A program made the translations under genes and the position numbers. The notes under the pieces are model-generated. The model made no database searches, was not told the origin of the DNA, and saw nothing but the letters and a program-made list of their open reading frames with translations. DNA of 63,576 nucleotides, the filler included, from Octopus bimaculoides (Eukaryota), in assembly GCF_001194135.2 (NCBI RefSeq). It is 5 parts of 5 records of this genome, joined end to end, with 100 filler letters (N's around TTAATTAATTAA, not from the genome) between each part and the next. Parts side by side here need not be neighbours in the genome. Positions count along the whole stretch, not along the records: positions 1 to 18,030 come from NC_068984.1; positions 18,131 to 44,948 come from NC_068985.1; 3 more parts are not named here. One strand, 5' to 3'. Of the stretch, positions 12,595 through 25,834 are shown piece by piece. Positions within the stretch are counted from its first letter, which is position 1. Each line of letters opens with the position of its first letter.

Positions 12595-13869
12595 CTACTC
12601 TTTCTCTCTCTCACTCTCCCCCTTTCCTCCTCCTCTAGTAACCCCTCCCCTCCAGCCCTCCTTCTCTTCCCCTCCCCTTCAGCCCCTCCCCTTCAGCCCC
12701 TCCCCTTCNNNNNNNNNNNNNNNNNNNNNNNNNNNNNNNNNNNNNNNNNNNNNNNNNNNNNNNNNNNNNNNNNNNNNNNNNNNNNNNNNNNNNNNNNNNN
12801 NNNNNNNNNNNNNNNNNNNNNNNNNNNNNNNNNNNNNNNNNNNNNNNNNNNNNNNNNNNNNNNNNNNNNNNNNNNNNNNNNNNNNNNNNNNNNNNNNNNN
12901 NNNNNNNNNNNNNNNNNNNNNNNNNNNNNNNNNNNNNNNNNNNNNNNNNNNNNNNNNNNNNNNNNNNNNNNNNNNNNNNNNNNNNNNNNNNNNNNNNNNN
13001 NNNNNNNNNNNNNNNNNNNNNNNNNNNNNNNNNNNNNNNNNNNNNNNNNNNNNNNNNNNNNNNNNNNNNNNNNNNNNNNNNNNNNNNNNNNNNNNNNNNN
13101 NNNNNNNNNNNNNNNNNNNNNNNNNNNNNNNNNNNNNNNNNNNNNNNNNNNNNNNNNNNNNNNNNNNNNNNNNNNNNNNNNNNNNNNNNNNNNNNNNNNN
13201 NNNNNNNNNNNNNNNNNNNNNNNNNNNNNNNNNNNNNNNNNNNNNNNNNNNNNNNNNNNNNNNNNNNNNNNNNNNNNNNNNNNNNNNNNNNNNNNNNNNN
13301 NNNNNNNNNNNNNNNNNNNNNNNNNNNNNNNNNNNNNNNNNNNNNNNNNNNNNNNNNNNNNNNNNNNNNNNNNNNNNNNNNNNNNNNNNNNNNNNNNNNN
13401 NNNNNNNNCCCATCTCCACTCCTCCACATTCCCCTCTTCCTCTTTCTCCTTCCCTTCCTCCCTCTCTTCGTCCTTCTTCATCCTTTCCTACTCATCTCCT
13501 CCCTCTCTGTCACTCCCTGCCTTTGTGGTTAATCGCAGAAACTTCAAAAATCTGGTTTGACGATATAAATAACAGAATTTACAGAATTTACAAAACTTTT
13601 GTCAACATCTGAGGAAATTTCAGAGCTTAGAAGAAATGGAAAATACACAAGCTCACACATACACACGCATACACACACATACACACGTACGCATGCACAC
13701 ACACAAATCTTCAAGAAAAATCACGTAAAGAACATTAAAAAAATTCTACGACTAAAAAAAAGAAAAAGAAAAATTAACACGTAAAAAGCGCAGAACAATA
13801 CAAAACAAAATGGAAAAAAAATAATAAAACGCACAAAATAAAAAAAATGTAAGAAACATAAATCAAAAG

Positions 13870-14205
13870 CAATCACGTGATTTATCGTTCTCGTTCACAT
13901 CCGGTCATAAGCAAACAGATAATACGAAAACCTAAAAAAAAAAAAATAACCAAATACTGTCGTTGTATAAATGTTGTCTTTCTACTTGATCCTGTCGTAG
14001 TTTTCGCCGATGTTTAACATATTCTAACTAAATATTGCAGTGATTATTATATATTTATTTGTTTATATAACACCACTAAAACATCTCTTTGTTCTGTTCA
14101 AGGTTTTTTCCGTTCCATTTCCGTTACTTTCCGTCTGACCGGAAGTTTAAAGTAGTACATTTTTTCTCGTGTATTTCTGTTTGTTAGTCACCTCCGCCAT
14201 TTTTT
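13870..14205. promoter_or_regulatory. Candidate core promoter (E-box, ETS and YY1-like motifs in non-repetitive, CpG-containing DNA)
   Basis: aatcacgtgatt palindrome near 13871, ccggaagt at 14139, ccgccatttt at 14194. Motif matches only. Confidence 0.4.
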
Positions 14206-14279
14206 GTTTTGTATATATTATTGATATTTTCTATACTCTCAAGATCTGCTTCGAGCGACCCCTAAGACGACATTTCTTC

Positions 14280-14545
14280 ATCTTACACATACACACACAC
14301 ACACTGACAGACAGATACGCACACGCACGCGCATACACATCCCCCCCCCCACACACATACACCCCCACACCATAGTACACTACTCGCACACGAAGATACA
14401 CACAACACCACGTACAAATACACCAAACACGCCCTCACACACACACGCACATACACAACACACACACATGCATACAGACGTTACGGCACACCAGCGCAGA
14501 CACATATACATGCACATACATACATACACAGAACACCATGCAAAA

Positions 14546-14581
<36 letters not shown>

Positions 14582-15018
14582 ACACGCACACACACAATGG
14601 ACGCACATACACATAGATGTGCACTCGCACATGCAAATACACACGCCCACACCACAGACACACATACGTATATATTTACACACCACAGACACACATACAG
14701 ACTCACACATACATACCACATACATTCATACCACACATACAAACACACACACGCACGACAACACACCGCAACACACCACGCGCACACGCACTTACCCACA
14801 CATACACATATATGCACACACCACTACGCACAAACACATCGTACACACACACACGCACACTCACCACGAGACACACAAATGTCCACGCGTGCGCACAACT
14901 ACATATGAACACACCACAGACATAAACACACGCATAGACATCCACGTCACATACACATACACCTCACACACACAGAAACCACTCGCAAACGCGCACGCAC
15001 ATACACGAACAAACAAAC

Positions 15019-15085
<67 letters not shown>
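14280..15085. repeat. Cryptic CA-rich low-complexity tract
   Basis: About 800 bp of interrupted (CA)n. Confidence 0.95.
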
Positions 15086-15344
15086 CTGCGCGCACTCACA
15101 TACGGATCTCCGTCGATTTTGAGAATCAGCATTCCAAATGTTCGACCGCTAGAACTAGTTATTCATCGAATTATAGTGTTCAGTGGACGAGTATTCCGTA
15201 GACCCGGACATCTGTAAGTAAGTAATGGGGTCGATTTGCTCGACTAAATTCTTCAGCATGGCCGTAGTCCAATGACTGAAACCAGCAAAAGGCGAATAGC
15301 TTAAGATATATACTCTTAATTTAATTTACAGGTAGAATTCCCTC

Positions 15345-15505
15345 GACGGGCTTCCACGCAGTTTCCTTTTGACCTAATTTCTTTCACTTGGCATGGGTTG
15401 AGCTATGGCTTTGGTCTGCGACACTTGTCCAAAATCCCACGTCGTGAGATCGAACTCGTGGACTCGTGATTGTGAAGTGAAGTTTTTAACTACAAAGCTA
15501 AGTGC
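15345..15505 (-). mobile_element. Diverged SINE family C (CORE-like) copy
   Basis: gacgggcttcc...acacttgtccaaa...gatcgaactcgtggac matches family C in reverse. Confidence 0.6.
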
Positions 15506-15924
15506 GTCTAAGTGCGCACAAATACATTCACACTCACCCGCAGAGACACGCACACACATACAGACGTACGCACGCACGCACGCACGCACACAGACACACA
15601 CACACACACACACACACGCGCGCACACATAAAGTCACGNNNNNNNNNNNNNNNNNNNNNNNNNNNNNNNNNNNNNNNNNNNNNNNNNNNNNNNNNNNNNN
15701 NNNNNNNNNNNNNNNNNNNNNNNNNNNNNNNNNNNNNNNNNNNNNNNNNNNNNNNNNNNNNNNNNNNNNNNNNNNNNNNNNNNNNNNNNNNNNNNNNNNN
15801 NNNNNNNNNNNNNNNNNNNNNNNNNNNNNNNNNNNNNNNNNNNNNNNNNNNNNNNNNNNNNNNNNNNNNNNNNNNNNNNNNNNNNNNNNNNNNNNNNNNN
15901 NNNNNNNNNNNNNNNNNNNNNNNN

Positions 15925-15962
<38 letters not shown>

Positions 15963-16121
15963 GAGTGTAGTGACAGCCGTTTGTGTATGTTAGTGTGCGT
16001 GTATGTATATGTGTCTTTGGGTTGTGTGTTTGTGTCGTGAATGAGTGTGTGTGTACGTGACTTTGCACTGTGTATGTGTGTGTGTGTGTGCGCGCGCGCG
16101 CGTGCATGTCTTTGTGCTGTT

Positions 16122-16460
16122 TATAGGTGCAGCACGATCGACTGGTTAAGGTCGCCTTGTTTTGACGAGTACTCGTGTTCGATTCCACAGAGATATCTGA
16201 GACGAGTGTGTCTTTTTATCATAGCTTCAAGTCGGTCGACCTAAGCAATTCGAATGAAACTGGATAGATGGAAACTGTGTGGAAGCCCGTCTGATGTATT
16301 GTACTCACAATTCAAAGGTCCAGCCTTGTCATACGTTGTGTTACACTGATTCTGCATGAGAATTACATCAGTGGAATATTCAACCATCTTCACGCTAATT
16401 CAATAAGTTGGTAGTTCAGTTGATTGAACAACTGGATACTCATCGTCGAAACTGAAGGAG
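16122..16460 (+). mobile_element. Diverged SINE family C head plus family B tail
   Basis: tRNA-like head, gatggaaactgtgtggaagcccgtc, then aaaggtccagccttgtca. Confidence 0.6.
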
Positions 16461-17321
16461 ATCCAATTTGATTTATGCTAAATGTGTGTGTGCGTGTATA
16501 TGTGGTTGTCTTTTGTTTGTTTGCGCGTGTGTGTGTGTGTATGTGTGTGTGTCGTGGGGAACTGCCAAAATTTTAATAATTGGTTGGCTGAAGTAAAATA
16601 AATGACAACCACAGATTCTGTGTAAAAAGATATTAAATTCGTACCACTTCACTGAAATATATTTGCACTAATGCAATATTTTAAACAGGATAAAATCCGA
16701 ACGCAAGGAAACAAGTGGCGCTCGGTTTGTGTGTGGAGAAAGTCAATCATATGAAGTTTGAAAGTTAGGTAAAGTTTATTTGTAATGAGGAAATTGTGAA
16801 ATATAACAATTAGCTACTTTGTGAATTAGTAGAAATCTATATGCTATAATAACTAAGCAATGCATCCAACCAATCTGGAAGAGAATTATACAGAGACGAT
16901 TGTCTAACAATTTTCTAAAAGACACACATAAATTAAACACATTTAGAAAAAGAAAATGGATGTATACAGTCAATACATTTTAGATTTATTGCAACATCTC
17001 CGCCATATTATTGGTAGAATGAAAGGAAACAGGTTAACCACAGCTAATCTTCGTTGCTATAATAGAAACGATTCTTTATTTTCAGTTCAGAGTTGTTATC
17101 ATAAAGCTTAACAGTGGATTTATAGGGGGTAAATTGTTGATCTTAATGATTGTGTTTATGTCCATCCATCCATCCATCCATCCATCCATCCATAAATCCA
17201 TCCATCCATCCATTCGTCCGTCCGTTCGTCTGTCCATATATACAGATGTTCATACACAGCTACGAACATACGTACATACTTAACGTCATCATAGACAAAT
17301 AGATATGATTACAGAGATGGA

Positions 17322-17374
<53 letters not shown>

Positions 17375-17412
17375 NNNNNNNNNNTATCTATCTATCTATC
17401 TATCTATCTATA

Positions 17413-17462
<50 letters not shown>

Positions 17463-17475
17463 ATCTGTCCGCCTG

Positions 17476-17507
<32 letters not shown>

Positions 17508-17732
17508 TGTATGTATGTATGTGTGTTCAAACATATACACGTAAGCGCATAAATGCCAAACTAGATGGAAAAAAATAATTCTCGAATGCTAGCTTAAAGT
17601 TTCATGGGCTCCGAGGTCGAACCCATCTCCGTCAGCTATCTTTAGAAGGCTGATGAGATTTGAAACAAATTCAAGATGGCTTCCAGATGTTCAACTCAAG
17701 TCACGTGGTGGTACTGGTCCGGAAGTAACAAC

Positions 17733-17770
<38 letters not shown>

Positions 17771-18030
17771 CCATATATCCTCGTTTATATTTTAAGCGAC
17801 GTTCTATCTGCAATCTAACATTATTTTCAACAACTATTACATTAGAACTTATCCTTTTTCTTTAAGCAACATTAAAATAATAACAAGCCAAACGAAAAGT
17901 AAAATAAAACAAATTTAAATAAAAGTATCCTTGAGCGAATTTGCTTTCTCTGTATCTGGGAAAACGGCAGCACTTACAAAGAATTTGAAGTGAGAGCCAT
18001 GAGATAATAATATTGGTGTCAAAATTTGGC

Positions 18031-18130
18031 NNNNNNNNNNNNNNNNNNNNNNNNNNNNNNNNNNNNNNNNNNNNTTAATTAATTAANNNNNNNNNNNNNN
18101 NNNNNNNNNNNNNNNNNNNNNNNNNNNNNN
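18031..18130. other. Assembly spacer N44-TTAATTAATTAA-N44 (also centred at 44993, 60979 and 62331)
   Basis: An identical 100-bp construct occurs four times and has stops in all six frames. Confidence 0.95.
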
Positions 18131-19003
18131 TGTATTACACTGTTAGTATCTGTCTTTCTTCCTTCTGTCTTTAGTCGTCGTATTGCGTGGTGTGGTGGTG
18201 GGGGTGTTAATGTTCCATTCATGCTTTCTGATGAGAATTGGTCTGTCTATTACTATGTGTGTGGCCTCTGTAATCTGTCTAACTGTCGTGTCAGTTCTAT
18301 GCGTTCATAATACCTTAACCTCTATGTTATTAACCGGACCTCTATGTTCTACTAGAGCCTATTAGTGCTCTACCAACATGCTCAACAGTGTTCATCAGCT
18401 TCTAACATAGATTATGATCGAATCTCTGACCAAAAGTTAATAGTAAATGTTCTACAGAGATGTGGATTACACAAATTAGTAGCTAACATACTGAGGAAGA
18501 AAAGTGAAGGTTTCCGTTCATATACATTTGGCAACTCATGTGAAAACTTCATACACAGTATCCTGAAAGATACAGAAAATGTACGGACAAAGAAACGTAC
18601 AATAGATGCCCTACAAGATCAGATATGGTTCAATATTGCAAACGTGTCATCGTGGGCCAACACAAAAAAGAGTAACAATACAACCAGTTAAGAAAGGTAC
18701 TGAGGGTAAGGTATGTGTGTGTGTGTATGTGCATGTGTGTGAGTGTGGGTATAAGAATAGATGTGTATGTATACATACATATATACATACATACANNNNN
18801 NNNNNTAAACACACGCACTATATATTCGTTCTTCACTCGTTTATTGCTGTTCTTACTTTAGCTTATGTCCATTATCTGGAAATGCTTCATCACACATGTA
18901 TGACCTCTTCAGCAACTCCTTCCATCCACGTGTCTCCTCCTGCTCCGCTTAGTCTATTCTGTCCTTTTATGATGGATTTCCTTATCTGCGCATGCATTTG
19001 CGC

Positions 19004-19046
<43 letters not shown>

Positions 19047-20532
19047 TACGTTTGCGTATGTGTTTCGCATGTTTTTATGTGTGTGTATTTGAGCTTGCCC
19101 ATTACACTGTATCCGTGTCCTTCATATTGTTGTTGTTCTTAGTGGTACTTTGACACTCCCCTCACCTACGTTCTCTTTTCTGTTGCTGCTGTTCTTGATT
19201 CTTACTTTTGATATTGTTCTTGTATCTTTCTGTGTTTGTGTGTTTGTTCATATCGTTGTTGTTGTTGCAGCCGTTTGTGAAGTTACTATATATGTGTTTG
19301 TGTATGTATATGGGTTTTATTACTATGTTGCTTGTATCCATGTGCTTTATTTAGATTTTTTGTTTACTTACTGATCTCTATTTTTAACATTTATAACAGG
19401 TGTGTGTATGTTTGTCTTTTGTACGTGTATTACACTGTTAGTATCTGTCTTTCTTCCTTCTGTCTTTAGTCGTCGTATTGCGTGGTGTGGTGGTGGGGGT
19501 GTTAATGTTCCATTCATGCTTTCTGATGAGAATTNNNNNNNNNNNNNNNNNNNNNNNNNNNNNNNNNNNNNNNNNNNNNNNNNNNNNNNNNNNNNNNNNN
19601 NNNNNNNNNNNNNNNNNNNNNNNNNNNNNNNNNNNNNNNNNNNNNNNNNNNNNNNNNNNNNNNNNNNNNNNNNNNNNNNNNNNNNNNNNNNNNNNNNNNN
19701 NNNNNNNNNNNNNNNNNNNNNNNNNNNNNNNNNNNNNNNNNNNNNNNNNNNNNNNNNNNNNNNNNNNNNNNNNNNNNNNNNNNNNNNNNNNNNNNNNNNN
19801 NNNNNNNNNNNNNNNNNNNNNNNNNNNNNNNNNNNNNNNNNNNNNNNNNNNNNNNNNNNNNNNNNNNNNNNNNNNNNNNNNNNNNNNNNNNNNNNNNNNN
19901 NNNNNNNNNNNNNNNNNNNNNNNNNNNNNNNNNNNNNNNNNNNNNNNNNNNNNNNNNNNNNNNNNNNNNNNNNNNNNNNNNNNNNNNNNNNNNNNNNNNN
20001 NNNNNNNNNNNNNNNNNNNNNNNNNNNNNNNNNNNNNNNNNNNNNNNNNNNNNNNNNNNNNNNNNNNNNNNNNNNNNNNNNNNNNNNNNNNNNNNNNNNN
20101 NNNNNNNNNNNNNNNNNNNNNNNNNNNNNNNNNNNNNNNNNNNNNNNNNNNNNNNNNNNNNNNNNNNNNNNNNNNNNNNNNNNNNNNNNNNNNNNNNNNN
20201 NNNNNNNNNNNNNNNNNNNNNNNNNNNNNNNNNNNNNNNNNNNNNNNNNNNNNNNNNNNNNNNNNNNNNNNNNNNNNNNNNNNNNNNNNNNNNNNNNNNN
20301 NNNNNNNNNNNNNNNNNNNNNNNNNNNNNNNNNNNNNNNNNNNNNNNNNNNNNNNNNNNNNNNNNNNNNNNNNNNNNNNNNNNNNNNNNNNNNNNNNNNN
20401 NNNNNNNNNNNNNNNNNNNNNNNNNNNNNNNNNNNNNNNNNNNNNNNNNNNNNNNNNNNNNNNNNNNNNNNNNNNNNNNNNNNNNNNNNNNNNNNNNNNN
20501 NNNNNNNNNNNNNNNNNNNNNNTATATATATA

Positions 20533-21210
20533 TACACACTGGCAGCTAAGCCCGGTTTCACCCGGTCGATTTGGATGATGTGGCTGTAAAACCTGTTTTG
20601 TAAGCATTCGACTTGTTTGGGCACGCTTACGTTAAAAAACAATTTTAAAATGACTTTTTTCTGTCAAAACGCTAAAAATAACAGAGCAAAGAAAACAAAA
20701 AACCAAACACAATTCAACCAAATCAAAAAATGAACCCAAATACTAAGCGAACAAAGATGAATTATCCCACTTCCATTGCACGCGCACGCAAACATACACG
20801 CACACGCACACACACATACACACACACACACAAGCAAACACAGACACACACGCACACGCACACGCACACACACATTCACATACCCTCCTTTTACACACAC
20901 ATACACACATATATTGACACAGTTGAAACGCTATTTGATTTATTTTTTCACAGTAGAGTTTTCATCATCCCACTACTAAGTATGAGATCACCCCTTCCTT
21001 ATTCATCTATCACCCCTTCCTTTCTCATTCATAAACACAAGAATATTATTATAGTAGTTTATCTCGGTAACCATGGGTGCCATTAAAAAAATACAAAGCT
21101 CAGCTTCACCACCGGATCATTCTACACATCCGTGTAACTTTTCGCGCAATTCTACCCAGCCGTTTGACCGTAAATCCCAACACAAGAAAGAATCGCCCAT
21201 GTCAAATTTA
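20533..21210 (+). mobile_element. Non-autonomous Helitron/Helentron (DINE-like) element
   Basis: 5' actggcagctaagcccggtttcacccggtc with a short inverted repeat, internal (CA)n, 3' end gaccgtaaatccc...gtcaaattt, inserted in (TA)n. No TIR or TSD. Confidence 0.5.
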
Positions 21211-21608
21211 TATGTATATGTATATGTATATGTATATATATATATATNNNNNNNNNNNNNNNNNNNNNNNNNNNNNNNNNNNNNNNNNNNNNNNNNNNNN
21301 NNNNNNNNNNNNNNNNNNNNNNNNNNNNNNNNNNNNNNNNNNNNNNNNNNNNNNNNNNNNNNNNNNNNNNNNNNNNNNNNNNNNNNNNNNNNNNNNNNNN
21401 NNNNNNNNNNNNNNNNNNNNNNNNNNNNNNNNNNNNNNNNNNNNNNNNNNNNNNNNNNNNNNNNNNNNNNNNNNNNNNNNNNNNNNNNNNNNNNNNNNNN
21501 NNNNNNNNNNNNNNNNNNNNNNNNNNNNNNNNNNNNNNNNNNNNNNNNNNNNNNNNNNNNNNNNNNNNNNNNNNNNNNNNNNNNNNNNNNNNNNNNNNNN
21601 NNNNNATA

Positions 21609-21646
<38 letters not shown>

Positions 21647-21648
<2 letters not shown>

Positions 21649-22398
21649 GGGTGTCCCAAAAGTCACTGATGGGTTTGAATTTTTAATAACTTCCTTAACT
21701 TTACAAATAAATGCATCAAAAGATATAATGATAATTAATATGGACAAGTCAAATTTTGCAACACCACTGCATCACATGAAAAATGACATCGTGTAAATGA
21801 CAACTATTTTCGACTTCGCATACCTATGCTCTTTCCAAAACTTGCACCGTAACACCCTCAAGAGTTTTAGACCCCATGATTGAAACCTTTTTGCGTCCGG
21901 CCATTCAAAGTAGACCTCACGCATAATTCTAGGAAGAAGGGGAAACTGCTCATATCACAAGAGAAACAATGCAGTTGCCACGGCAGTGCTTTGGAGAGAG
22001 AATAATCTCCTGCTACAGCAATGTCAACTGACCTTCACGTTCCCCAGACTTGACTAGCTAGGAATTTTTCTAGTGGGGATATATGAAAGAGAAGGTTTAC
22101 GTCAACAGGCATTGGTGCAACTGAAGGAGAACATCAATAGGGAAATCAGAGAAGTGGGGTCTGAAACTCTTGAGGATACTAAGTTGAAACTTTTCGAAAT
22201 ACCACAGGCGTGCGAAGCCGAAAATGGCTGCAATTTAAGCGATGTAAGTTTTCATATGTAGTCGTGTTGCAAAATTTGACATACGCATATTAAGTTCCTC
22301 TATGTCCTTTATATTGTTTCAAAGTTTCATCAATCTATTTGTAAAGTTAAGGACGTTATTAAAAATTGAAACCCATCAGTGACTTTTGGGACACCCTG
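21647..22398 (+). mobile_element. Internally deleted Tc1/mariner element, probably DD41D (rosa/Visitor) type
   Basis: About 60-bp TIRs (agggtgtcccaaaagtcactgatggg...), TA flanks, remnant ETAHITRETMQL...PSRSPDLT...MKEKVYVN. Confidence 0.9.
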
Positions 22399-22407
22399 TA
22401 TATATAT

Positions 22408-22752
22408 ATTCTTTTATTCTTTTACTTGTTTCGGTCATTTGACTGTGGCTATGCTAGAGCACCACCTTAAATCGATCCCAAGGATTATTCTTTGTAAGCC
22501 TAGTACTTATTCAATCGGTCTCTTTTGCTGAACGGCTAAGTTACGAGGACTTACACTAGCATCGGTTGTCAAGCGATGGCGGGGGACAAACGCACATACA
22601 CACACACATGCGCACACATATACGACGGGCTTCTTTCGGCTTCCATCTACCAAACCCATTCATGAGATTTCGGTCAGCCGGAGGCTATAGTAGAAGAAAC
22701 TTGCTCAAGTTGCCGCGCAATGACACCGAACCCGGAACCATGTGGTTGGGAT
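22408..22752 (-). mobile_element. SINE family C, near full length (tRNA head, CORE-like block, internal microsatellite, CR1-like tail)
   Basis: Reverse complement: gtgtggtaagaagctt...cttgagcaagtttcttctactatagcc...ggtggtgctctagcatagccacagtcaaatgaccgaaac. Confidence 0.88.
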
Positions 22753-23119
22753 GGAAGCTTCTTACCACACGGTAAAGACAAAATGTAAATAATGGTCATT
22801 GGGGAGGGACATTACGGCAACAAGCGCTGAGTTATTATTTCTTATTATTGGAGTGAAAACCCTCCCTAGATACACTATTTGTTTCAATATACGTATTAGC
22901 ATCACGAAGCTTGCAAACTAAAAACATAAATGTAGTATATATGCGTTCGTGCGTGTATGCGTGTGTGTGTCTCACACACTACTTCAGTCTCATTCCAAGT
23001 TTTATTTGGCTTTATTGAGGATTTAATAACTTTCAGATTGTCGGCGAGCTTCTGTGGATTTCGCTTTCATTGGAGAGAAAAGTGGGTATTTATCTTTGAC
23101 AGAGGAGATAGTGTGAAGT

Positions 23120-23162
<43 letters not shown>

Positions 23163-23849
23163 AAGAGAAAGAGAATGAGAGGGAGAGAGGAGGGTAATAG
23201 CGAGAGAGGAGGGTAAGAATGAAGTGTAAATTCAGAAAAGAATTATTTTTGTAGAAGAAATATTGGAATGAAGAGTGGTGTAGATAGATATAGATAGGGA
23301 AATATTAATCTATACCTGAATTTATATCTGCTTTTATATACATGTGACTATATATATTGTATGTATGTATGTATGTGTGTGTGTGTGTGTGTGTGCGTGA
23401 GTGTGTGAGTGTATATGTATGTATGTTTACAAATATGTGCGTGTGTAGATGTGCGTATGTATGCTGACGGATACATATTCATTCAAGAACACGTTTCTTT
23501 GTAGGCGTGTGTGTACTACATTTATTTATCTTCAATTGCAGATGCGACCTAAGCGTAAAAATCATAAGCACATTTGTGACAATAATTTTGAGCGCATTGC
23601 AATTAAATTTTTTCGTTCTAGAGTAAATGAATAAAGTAGAATGAGGGAAGTTTTACGTATGTGTGCAAAAGAAAACTTGCCAGTGATTATCTTAATTTAT
23701 CCTCGTGGGAAAGTGCGATCAAAGCGTAAGAATTATAAAAAGAACCACCAACAATAATTTGTGTATATAAAAATTAAAATTTTCTGATCAATAGCAAATT
23801 TATGGAAGACAGAAAGACAGAAATATTAATGTTCTCCTTTTGAACGAGA

Positions 23850-23909
<60 letters not shown>

Positions 23910-24066
23910 NNNNNNNNNNGAACGAGACAAAGAGAGAGAGAGAGAGAGTGCACGTCAGTGGGTGAGTGTGTCTCTCTATCTGTGAAAAATTAAAAGAAAA
24001 GAAAACAGGTTTATTTATTCGCTATGTAAACTGCGATCAAAGTGTTACAGTTTTTTTTTGTTTATA

Positions 24067-24780
24067 GTTTCAGCTTAGAGCTACGGCCATGCTGATGCAC
24101 CACCGTTTTGCTACACTGTTATTACGGGGAGCCTCCTACAATATGTGGCACTTGGTGAGGAATGGAGTTTGATTTAGCTACCCTCATTTGCACCTCTTGC
24201 CGTGAGATAGGTTCATCTGGGACTCTCGACAGGAAGAGGTCCAGCTTTGATTTAAAAACCCCTACATCTACTTTGTGAAGGTTCCTCAGGCTATTTGGGA
24301 GAATATAAAAAGGTTGTGGGCCCCTGAAACCCAAACTGTTGCAGTAACTGGTCCTGAAGCGCGATGGCATTGCTGGGATCTTTGGCACTATGCAGCGTCG
24401 TCCCGTTCTGGCATTGGTGTAGCTTTCAATGCCAAAATTTGGCACAATTCCTTCCAGGATCTTCCAGATGTATATTACTGCATACCTCTCCCGCCTTCTC
24501 TCCAGGGNNNNNNNNNNGAGACAATCTTCTTTGTGAATCTTCTCTGGATTGCTTCAAGGTCCGCTGTTAATTTCACACTGGTGGGTGACCATAGCTGTGA
24601 GCAGTAATCCAGGCGGCTTAGTACGAATGTCATCCAGAGAACCATCATGGTTTCCTTATCTCTGGTTCTGAATGTTCTCAGGATCCATCCAGCCAGTTGC
24701 CTGCACTTTGTCGCCATCCTGGTAATGTGCACTTGGAAAGAGGTATCATCACTCATGTCGATACCCAGCTAATCTTCAGG
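24067..24780 (-). mobile_element. CR1-clade LINE 3' fragment
   Basis: GWILRTFRTRD, VLSRLDYCSQLWSP, LEAIQRRFTK, FKSKLDLFLSRVPDEP, plus 3'UTR. Confidence 0.9.
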
Positions 24781-24789
24781 TCAAAATAC

Positions 24790-24830
<41 letters not shown>

Positions 24831-25777
24831 TAATAATAATAGCAATAAAAGAATGTATATATCAACCAACAATAAATAACAAATGAATACTTATTATAAA
24901 AATACTTATTATATTAAGATAGAATAATGTTAAACAATATTATTAAAAATATCAAAAATTATAAATGAGTCATAATTAACTATAAGTTTATTATAATATG
25001 AACTAACAGAAATATTATATGCAAATCTTATCTTAACGAATCTTTCGTTTAAAATACAATTTAAACGAAGTTTTAGGTCAAATTAAAATTATAAACGTAA
25101 AATATAAACTAACAAAAAATTAATTTATATAAATTAATATATAAAAGCAATTATATCACCATTAAATAAAGGAAAAACATTTAACAAAATTATTGAAAAG
25201 AAATACAACATTTATCTAATCGAATCGTTAGTTTAAATAAAATTATAAATGTTGTACTATTGAGTTAACCTTAATTAGAATATAAACTAATAATCAAAGA
25301 AATTATATAAAAAAACTACTTATTTATTCCATAAATCAAAAAGAAATATTAAACAGTATTATTGGAAAAAAAATCAACCCATATTGGTTTAAACTAAGAA
25401 GATAATCTTAATACTATTAACTTAGTGTTAAATAAGGTATCGGCTAACATTGAATATCAACTGAATTAATATAAAAATATATATTTTTTCAAACAACGAT
25501 ACAAAATCATTTAACAATATTAATAAAGATAGAAGCAATACTTATCTCAATGATGCTATAGTTTAAACTAAAAATTTGAGACGTTAAACTCAGAAATAAA
25601 ACGTTTATCAAAAAGAAGTCGTATGAAGATATTGCGCAAAGAAAAAGAATAGAATAAAGAGATATAAAAACACGAATGAAAGTTTTATTTATAAAATCAT
25701 GAATGAAAAATTAAACTTTATATAACTCAAATCATAATAAAACAATTAACTATATTGTTAGTTAATCGTCGTATGCA

Positions 25778-25831
<54 letters not shown>

Positions 25832-25834
25832 GGA

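Noticed and set aside
17645-17680. CTGATGAGATTTGAAAC minimal hammerhead-like core
   Set aside because: Helices I and III cannot form.
18075-18086. TTAATTAATTAA islands in N runs (also 44993, 60979 and 62331)
   Set aside because: Fixed N44-12-N44 construct with six-frame stops; a scaffolding spacer.
18131-19533. 108-bp direct repeat (18131-18238 and 19425-19533)
   Set aside because: Both copies end at gap edges and are identical; most likely a contig overlap or misordering.
25590-25625. Mitochondrial 16S-like gtttatcaaaaa (possible NUMT)
   Set aside because: Only a 12-nt match; the flanks do not resemble rRNA.
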